From Eledone cirrhosa (Eukaryota), in contig CAXHJY010001636.1 of the NCBI GenBank assembly GCA_964016885.1, forward strand, positions 1-63,813: a stretch of 63,813 nt of DNA, in the 5' to 3' direction. Position 1 is the stretch's first letter. Each line of letters starts with the position of its first letter. A program made the position numbers and the translations under genes. A model generated the notes under the pieces. It did no database searches, was not told the DNA's origin, and saw only the letters and a program-made list of their open reading frames with translations. Positions 54,080 through 63,813 of this stretch are shown here, piece after piece.

Positions 54080-54396
54080 TGTGATGATGATGATGATGAT
54101 GTTGATGGCGTTGGTGTTGGTATTGTTGTTGTTGGTGGTGATGATGCTGTCGATAATAGTGGTGGTAATGATGATGATGATGATTATGATGGCAATCATG
54201 ATTATGATGATGATGGTTATGATGTTGATGGCGATGGTGTTGGTATTGATGTTGTTGGGGGTGATGATGCTGTAGATAATAGTGGTGGTAATGATGATGA
54301 TGATGACGGTGATGATGATGTAGGTAATATTGGTGATGATGACGATGAGAATTATGATAACGATAAAGGTGATGTTGTTGATGATGGTGATAATGG

Positions 54397-54428
<32 letters not shown>

Positions 54429-54495
54429 ATCAACATCATCACCACGTTGAAGATGGTGACGGCGGCCAGGAGGAAGAAGAGGTAGAGGAGGTTCA
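54080..54495. repeat. Degenerate (GAT/GGT)n low-complexity tract
   Basis: Visible gatgatgat and ggtggt runs with an internal higher-order duplication. Confidence 0.9.
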
Positions 54496-54538
54496 CCGTT
54501 TAGAAATTTAAAATGGATTTCAGAAAAGTGGAGGTTAT

Positions 54539-54702
54539 ATAATTGTTTCTAGTTCTGGCACAAGGCCAGCAATTATCCCACTGTATTACTGGTACTTTAT
54601 TTTATCGACCCCGTAAGGATGAAAGGCAAAGTTAACCTCGGCTGGATTTGAACCCAGAATGGCAAGGGCCGTAACTCTATGCGTCAAAGCATGGCGTCCG
54701 AG
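54539..54702 (-). mobile_element. SINE copy (20248 family), young, slightly 5'-truncated
   Basis: Close reverse-complement match to 20445-20643. Confidence 0.9.
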
Positions 54703-54734
54703 GTTATATAATGGCACATTAAGAGGAATGGAAG

Positions 54735-55153
54735 GTTGGATATACATAGGAGGGGGATATACATAAGAAGGGTGGGATATACATAGGAGGGGGATATACA
54801 TAGGAGGGGGTATACATAGGAAGGGGGGTATACATAGGAAGGGGGGATATACATAGAAAGGGGGGTATACATAGGAAGGGGGATTACATAGGAGGGGGAT
54901 ATACATAGGAGGGGGTGATATACATAGGAAGGGAAGATATACTTAGGAGGGGGAAGATATACTTAGGAGGGGGGATATACATAGGAAGGGGGGATATACA
55001 TAGGAAGGGGGGAATATACATAGGAGGGGTGGATATACATAGGAAGGGGGGATATACATAGGAGGGGTGGATATACATAGGAAGGGGGGATTTACATAGG
55101 AGAGGGGGATATACATAGGAGGGGGGATTTACATAGGAGGCGGGATATACATA
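54735..55153. repeat. G-rich minisatellite of about 19-20 bp, roughly 20 units
   Basis: Unit GGGGGGATATACATAGGA(A). Confidence 0.92.
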
Positions 55154-55477
55154 TAGATAGAATTTTTAAAAAGATCATAAGATAAACAAAAAATAGCCAC
55201 CACAAATGTGATGGCGTTAGTTGTGTTGACTGGTGACTAAAGTTTGATTTTGAATTTGAAAAGGGGGAGAGAGGGGGAGAGGAGAGATATAGATGGGGAG
55301 AGAGGGGGAGATACAGAAAGGCGAAGAGAGAGGGGTGAGAGATAATGTGAAAGACAGGGCGAGAGAGAGGGTGAGAGAGGTTAAGAGAGAAAGAAGATAT
55401 GTTGGGCGATTGGATTTTAACAAGGCAGTCTCATATGTGGTATTCGAAAGAGAGGAGAATGAGTGTGTATGTGTGTG

Positions 55478-55508
<31 letters not shown>

Positions 55509-55521
55509 GTGTGTGTGTGTT

Positions 55522-55587
<66 letters not shown>

Positions 55588-56745
55588 GGGGAGAGAGAGG
55601 GAGAGCATATGTTGAACAATTGGATTATAAAGCACAGAAGCCTCGTGTCATGTATCAAACAAAAGTTGAGGAGAGTGAGAGAGAGAGAGGAGAGTGAGAG
55701 AGAGAGGAGAGTGAGAGAGAGAGATTGAGAGATAGAGAGAGAGAGAGAGGTGTTCAGATATTATTAACGCTATTGAGATAAGCGGGTAAGTATTGTTGTC
55801 AGGGAAACATATTGCAGGGACACATTCAGACGAAAGACAAACTAGAGGAAATATAAAAGAAGTATTTGTTATCAAAACGTTGATAAATTTCTAAGTGTGG
55901 TCATTGTGGTTATAACATTGTTCAGTTAACACTCCACCCCTTTTATTCAGATATTCATTAGCGATTGTTACATATGAGTAGATTTATAATGGCTAAGTTC
56001 ACTCAGTAAATGCGAAATTATTAAATAAATGCTAAACCACTTTTAACATACACACATTTTTACGCGTGTACATTCAACACACACAAAAATCAACACAAAC
56101 ACATACACGTACAGAAAGAACGCCCCCCTATATATGTGTGGTTGTATGTATACAAGAATTTCGGTTTATGTGAAATACACATACATTCAAACGTGCATGC
56201 GATGTATAGATAATTCTTTTCTGTTTATATATATATATATTATTATTATTATTATTATTAAAATAACAAATTAAAGTTTAAGCAAAGAATCGCTTCAAAT
56301 TTATTATTATTACTATATATAAAATATATATATATATATATACGTATGTATACGTACATGCATATATGTGTACAGACGTACAGTAGTATGTATATATATA
56401 TACATACATGCACACATATATATATGTACGTATGGGTTTACCGAACATTTATTATAATGTTCGGTTTGTTTGTAAACAAACAGCCAGAATTCCGCCGTAG
56501 AGTGCTCGGCAACCATCGTCGCCATTTTGTTCAACACTGAGACAGGAACGATGTAGTAGTTTCAAGCTTATTAGTTATCGTCAGCATCGTATACCTTCCT
56601 GTCAGATGATTGAACGTTTGAAAGTTTACTTGTGCATATTAACGGCTGAGCAGCGTAATTTGCATATCGAGTGAGTTAGTCGGCCGGGCGTGCCGAAAAC
56701 GATAAATGGAAAAGAATGAAACGAAATTTCATTTCTCACTCTTAG

Positions 56746-56829
<84 letters not shown>

Positions 56830-56880
56830 GATATATATATACATATATATATACATATATATTCATATATATATATATAC

Positions 56881-56911
<31 letters not shown>

Positions 56912-57098
56912 CATACATATATATATATATATATGTGTGTATATATATATATGTATATATATGTATATATATATGTATATATATGTAGGTATATGTGCAT
57001 ATATACATATATGTGTGTATATATATATATGTATCTATGTATATATATATATATGTATATATATATGTATATATATGTATGTATATGTGTATATATAC

Positions 57099-57161
<63 letters not shown>

Positions 57162-57520
57162 TATATTGTGCATGTATATCTATGTGGATGTCAAAATAAG
57201 TTAAAAACGATAGAGAAAAATGAAAGAAAGGAAGCAGTTTAGGTATAGTGTTGTTTAATGACGTGGGCTAAGGTTAAAAACACAAGCAGCCGCCTCTTTT
57301 GATGATAAACTGGAGTATGTCCAAGTTCAAAATACTGTAACTATAGGCCCGTCTATACGGTGATGCAGTATTAGACAGAGAAGTCTATATATTGAACGTA
57401 TCGTAGTTTTATTGTTGGCAATCAATTTGAACATCAATCAGAAGCTTTGATATAATACACTATTGATTTTCCTTTTACTATTTCTTTTATTTCTTTATTG
57501 ATATATTCATTTCTTTTGTG

Positions 57521-57709
<189 letters not shown>

Positions 57710-57725
57710 TATATATTTATAAGTA

Positions 57726-57765
<40 letters not shown>

Positions 57766-58038
57766 CTTGCTTTGGAATGTATGACTGTTTCAAAGAGCGC
57801 AGATTCCGTTGAATAGTTTGTGTACGCATTTAGAGAGTGAAGGCGGTGGAACTGAAATCAATTATTTCTAAATAGTCTACACGATGAACACAAGGGAAAT
57901 GGTTGCAGGTGATACGTATGGGAAATTAAATGGCGGCATGCCTTTGCTTGTATAGTCTACAATACAGGTTCAATTCACGTCTGAACCGTATCACTTCATT
58001 ATGCTACGAACAGTTGGTGTTATTGAACTAACACTTAA

Positions 58039-58087
<49 letters not shown>

Positions 58088-58104
58088 AATATATATATAT
58101 TAAG

Positions 58105-58497
58105 TATTGTCACATGTAGCATGCACTGCGCAGGATTTCTTGAGAGGACGAGTGTCTCAGCTTTCGCTACACTGATTTTCATTGCAGCCATGTAGCACTC
58201 GGCCTCAAATCTATCAAGTTCAAGTCAAAGATCATCTTCTGTCGAGTTAAGCAACACCATGTCGTCTGCAAATTCCAACCGACTGATTTTACGGGAAAAT
58301 CCAACCGGGAAGAGACTAAGACGTACACCCAGAGCAGGGTGGTTGGATAACATCGATGAACTTGGCTGCCCACGCTTGGGGATCCAGCCGGGTCAGTTGG
58401 CAACGGTATCTTCTGACAGGACCCGCTGGAAAGTGTGTTTGATGACTCTAGCCCCATGACCCTCTCAAGAATGAGTGTGCAAAGAAGAAAGAAGACA
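58105..58497. mobile_element. RTE-clade fragment with a 5' inversion
   Basis: Minus 58105-58272: 'FADDMVLL...AAMKISVAKAETLVLSR'. Plus 58273-58497: 'GKRLRRTPRAGWLDNI...DRTRWK', then a GAA-rich tail. Confidence 0.75.
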
Positions 58498-60667
58498 CTA
58501 AAACCCCGTCAAAGCAAAAGGTTATGAAACTAAACTATGGAAACAGCCCTAAACTTAAAATCCTTTAGTCCAGATCATGTAACATTGTTTTCATTAAAGT
58601 ATCGTACCTTTTATCACAAACGATTTCAGAACCTTTCACTGAAAGAGTATCAGTGCTACAAATAGACGGTGTTATAAGACTACTATCTAGTCTTATGTTC
58701 TCAATGCATCCACTCCATCTAAACAAAATTGAATCAATCTGGATTATGTATTATCTCCCAATAGATTGTCGGAACATCATGGAAAATTAGTGTCTCAGTA
58801 TATTACAGAATCACAGAGCCACTTAATATGCTGCAACGCCTTAATAAACCAGGGAAAAGGAGGTGGTATGGGAATATATAAAACATACTAAACAAGATTA
58901 TCCATGATACTCAACTTTGTTGACTTCCTCACTGTGGGCCCTATAAACTAATCACTGATCGCTAATCTCCATCAGGTGATAGACAACAACTTGGGACCAA
59001 CATATACAGAAGCTAAAACAAAAAGGAATACTCATACAGGAAGAAACAGTGAAGAACTACAGGAACTTTTTCATACCTCGTAGCAAATCTGTCGCTAGAC
59101 TTTAGTCCTCAGCAAGGAGGGGTAGTACTTTAAAACATCCTGCTTGGGTACCCTTTCTTATGAAACAGGAAGAAAGATGGATTACTAAACATTAAATATA
59201 TTCTCTGTGTGCCAACGTTGGGGAAATATCGAAAAGGGTGGGAGGATTGTAAGGTGTGTATTACGTAATCTTTCGTGGTTAAGTGTGGACTATGTAGTAA
59301 TATATGCGGCCTAATAATTTTCAAAGCAAGGAGTGTCAAAAACCCAGATTTCTCACCTTGTCACAATAGAAATTGAAAATATTATATTTGGGAGAATGAG
59401 TCACACGTTGTAGGGCTAGCAACAGGCGTTAGATGTATATATGTCTGCTCATGAGAGATGAGAACGATATATTATATTATATTATATTATATATTATATA
59501 TATTACATATATATATATATATATATACATATGTATGTATGCGTGTGTGTATACATATATATATATACACACATTAATTCACGTATACATATGTGTGTTT
59601 GTGTGAACATATATTTTATATGTGTTCTAAGACTCAGTCTGTGTATCTGTGTTTGTTTCTTCGCGTATATGCCTGTATTTGTGTTTGTGTGTGTATGTGT
59701 GTGTGTATGTCTGTGTGTGTGTGTATGTGTGTGTGTGTTTGTGTGCGTCTTTGTCTGTGTGTTTGTGTGTATTTGCATATGTGCATGTACTGCTGTGTTA
59801 AATCCATGACGTGATTATGGTCGATGTAGTCATATTTCATTTCAATTTTCTCACACCTCATAAAATGTCTTTCGTTTCCATTTTATAGTTCATATAATAT
59901 ATTTCCTCACGCATCTCCTCCCTATGTATAACCATCTCGACATTTCTAGAGGTATTTCATTTTACTTTCAGAATGATATATGTTTAAATGTCCGAAATCA
60001 TGCCACCTTCGTCGATATGAATAGAGAAAACCGACATTTTCACTCACTTGATCGTAATTATCCATTAAAACAATTGTTTTACTGTTCAAGCAAGGGGGAA
60101 AGCAAGGGGGAAAGCATGGCATTCAGCATACCTTTCACGACCTCGAGAGAGGAAGGTATCCGAAATTTGGAGAATGCATCCGAATGCTTGCAAAAGATTG
60201 GACAACCTAAAAGTGATCCAGAGGCAAGTTGTTGGTATTAAATCAAGCGACATGGCATACTATTACTAATACGGAGCAGTCGCTTGGTGGAATAGTTAGA
60301 TAGTCGAACAATTTGCCTTGCCGTCATTGTTTCAAATATCTTCATTCTGGAGTTATATCCTGTTAAAGTCCTATTTCGTGGTAGATTTACTTCATCACCG
60401 TTTTAACAACTCTTCAAAGCTTTTAGTTGACTTTACCGGATATCATTGTCTCAAACATTCTGGCCAAGTTTCTGTTTGCAGAAGTTATAGATCCCCTTAA
60501 AATTGGTGTAAAACAGCATTTCCTTCTCTCACTAAACACACAAAATACACAAAACAAATACAAAGAAAAGTCCACAAAGATTTAATGAACTTCAAAGTTC
60601 TTGGTAGGAAAATCCTAAATGATAACCCCAAAATAACAAAAAACAAAAGAGAGAGGAGGAAGGTGAT

Positions 60668-60870
60668 TAATAATAATAATAATAATGATTTCTAATATAG
60701 GCACAAGGCCAGCAAGTTGGCGGGAGAGTCCATTAAATTGACTCCAGTGCATTACTGGTGCTGTATTTGATCGAACCTGTAAGCATGAAAGGCAAATGTA
60801 ACCACGGCGGCATTTGAAATGAGAACGTAAAGAGACGTAACTCTATACTGCAAAGCATGTTGTTTAACGC
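60668..60870 (-). mobile_element. Diverged SINE copy (20248 family) with an (ATT)n tail
   Basis: 'taataataatgatttctaatataggcacaaggccagc...ccagtgcattactggtg...atgaaaggcaaa'. Confidence 0.8.
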
Positions 60871-60886
60871 CAATAATAACAACCAT

Positions 60887-60983
60887 GAAGAAGAAGAAGA
60901 AGAAGAAGAAGAAGAAGAAGAAGAAGAAGAAGAAGAAGAAGAAGAAGAAGAAGAAGAAGAAGAAGAAGAAGAAGAAGAAGAAG

Positions 60984-61013
<30 letters not shown>
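60887..61013. repeat. Pure (GAA)n microsatellite
   Basis: Directly visible. Confidence 0.97.
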
Positions 61014-61014
<1 letters not shown>

Positions 61015-62048
61015 CAATAAAAAAAATGAGTGGTAAATGGGACAAAGCATGAAGAAACAAGACAGGAAAGAAACAGATGTAAAACAACTGGGGAATGTGA
61101 CAAATTCAAGAAATTAGGAAGAGATAATCCTGAAAAGAGGACAGAATATTAAGTGTGGATGTTACATGGAAAATAACAGTGTGTTTGAGATGGTTCTGTT
61201 ATTTTGAAAGTTCGAACGGATTTCAAATTTGTTGAATGCTGTATTCAATACAAATAATTTTCTTTATTCTATCTGCGATAGATTCAGATTCTACTACGTT
61301 GCCGAAGAAACATGGCAGTATTGCTAAGAATGTCATTTCCCATAGCTTCGATTAGAATCATTGTTTTTGAGGGACATTATGTTGGCGGAAACTGGTTGGA
61401 ACCTCGTCGGATTAAGCGGACTTTGAATTCAAAAAGCCTGTCATTTACCTCATTGAGTTACACTGAATGTCCCTGAGAATTGTGTTATGGGTTCATCTTT
61501 CTGAGAAATGCTTAGCTACCACGTATAGGTTAATTTCAAGAGCAAGTTCTTCAGTAGATCAAACAACTGGAAACTCACAGTCGAAACCGAGGGAGATACA
61601 TGAAAAACAACAACAACAACATTTTAATGTTCCCTTCTGGAACATCATGGCGGATGGAAGATTACTATACTTCGGATAAAGTCATTGTATCAATATTGCA
61701 TCAATATTGTGGCAATTCAATTTCTTTTTATGGTTCCATCATCGTTAACATTATCATGAAGATTGACAAACCATTAGTATATCCAGACCACCACCACCAC
61801 AACCAACACCTATACCACCACCACTACCACCACCACCACAACCAATCCCAATACCACCACTACCACCACCAATACCATCTCAGCCACCACCATCGCCGAC
61901 ATCATCATTATAATTGTTGTGTAAGCAGTTGCATTAAAGACAATCATATGTTCCTTGCATCACTTCACCTCTCTTTTTCTGTACATCCCCACACATACAC
62001 AACTTACATCGACACAGAAACAGACAGGCAGACACACACACGCACACA

Positions 62049-62205
<157 letters not shown>

Positions 62206-62228
62206 ACACACACACACATACACACACA

Positions 62229-62266
<38 letters not shown>

Positions 62267-63356
62267 CGCACACACACATACACACACACGTATATATATT
62301 TCACATATATATTTCACTGATAATCTCACTAGTATTGTCTGGGAGGAGGACTCCTATAAAATGGCCACCAGCTAAAATATCGAGCCTTTCAAAGAGCGCA
62401 CTAAAATGACAGGGAATACTTCTTTCTTTTCCCTTCTCTGGCATTTCTCTATAATTATTCTCTTATTAATCTCTCTCATGTTTCCTTTTACTTTCACTTT
62501 CATTATAATTTCTATTGTCTGATTGGCTCTATACAGCGGGAATATGCAAATGAAAAAAAGAAGCAGTACTATGTAGTTATGTAGAGTCTCAACAGTTTAC
62601 TGATAGTATGTCCCCGTAACATTTTGAATACAAACACATATATACGTATAAATATTTTTTTTTATATTATATATACATATAAATATTTTTTTATACTTTT
62701 TTTTTCATTTGTATATATATATATGTCTATCTATACATATATATTTATAGATATTGCCAGTGGGATTTGGCGATATACAGCCGGATAAAGAAACGTAGAT
62801 ATAAGGGCTGATAAATATATATACACATAAATAAATAATACAGAGAAAGAGAGGGGAGGGAGTAAGTGAGTGAGAGGGATAATAAAAATGGCAATCTCTA
62901 CAATAATGGAGTACTGAATCAAAGCTATGGTAAGATAGTAATATCATGCAAGCGATGTGAAAATAAATCCTGAATCTAGCCAATTATATCAGCTAATACT
63001 TCCTACTTCATTCTCTTCCCCCATCTTACTCATTTTCTTCTTCCCCCTCTTCTACCTTCTACTTCTCTTGTACGATTTTTTATTTATTTTTATAATAGTT
63101 TTCAAACGCTACTTTGAGATAATTAATTTAATTAAACTAAGTTGTCCTATAAGATATAAATTTTCTTCTAGATCGTGTGACTTATTTATACACCCTCATA
63201 AATCTCACCGAACGAAACTGCCGTCTTTTCTTTTCCCATTCAGAACAGTGCCAAACATACGTTATGTCTACTATGAATGTTTAGTCTTCACTTGTTTCAC
63301 TCTCTCTCTCACACACATATACACACACTTTCTCTCCCTCTCTTTCTCTCTCTCTA

Positions 63357-63395
<39 letters not shown>

Positions 63396-63434
63396 GGCTG
63401 AAACAGGTAAAAGAATATATATATATATATATTG

Positions 63435-63508
63435 GGTCGTCAAGTATGACATTTGTAGAAATTTGTTTATCTTTCTGCAAACATCTACACATTTCATACT
63501 TGACGACC
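63435..63508. mobile_element. Tiny MITE-like element with 15-bp terminal inverted repeats
   Basis: GGTCGTCAAGTATGA ... TCATACTTGACGACC within TA-rich flanks. Confidence 0.5.
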
Positions 63509-63512
63509 ACAC

Positions 63513-63552
<40 letters not shown>

Positions 63553-63813
63553 TATATATGTGTGTGTGTGTGTATGTACATATATACACATATTCATATA
63601 TGTGTGTGCGTGTGTGTGTGTATGTGTGTGCGCGCGCGTGATTTCTCTGTGTTGAGTCTTTTATTGTGTTAGTCTTGGCTGTCTCTATAATTTCAGAGCC
63701 ACAATTTTAATTACACACTCACACCTGTGTATATGTCTGATTGAGGGACAGAGAGTGTATATTTAGTTTTGTATATAGCATTCACGCCTTTACTTTCTCT
63801 CCATTTTTTTGAT

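Overview
Repeat-dominated, AT-rich animal DNA with very dense microsatellites. The SINE families and repeat style point to an octopus or related cephalopod (inference from recognised repeats). No host protein-coding gene can be called with confidence, and most ORFs in the track are microsatellite artefacts. The centrepiece is a 17.4-kb head-to-tail array (33247-50625, minus strand) of four distinct Tx1-clade non-LTR retrotransposons: two full-length and two 5'-truncated. All five junctions are exact (GATA)4-7 runs, which points to a GATA/TATC-microsatellite-targeting Tx1 lineage. These elements share a covarying multi-hairpin 3' UTR and a conserved splice donor/acceptor pair that brackets ORF2. 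Related Tx1 3' ends elsewhere in the window end in other microsatellites (ATT, ATC). The window also holds an RTE fragment with three C-terminal C2H2 fingers embedded in (CATA)n, and several Penelope-type hammerhead ribozyme motifs in inverted repeats or palindromes. The remainder is many tRNA-derived SINEs (often tandem), decayed RTE, R4/Dong, CRE, CR1/L2, Vingi and mariner fragments, and two minisatellites. Boundaries of decayed elements are approximate.
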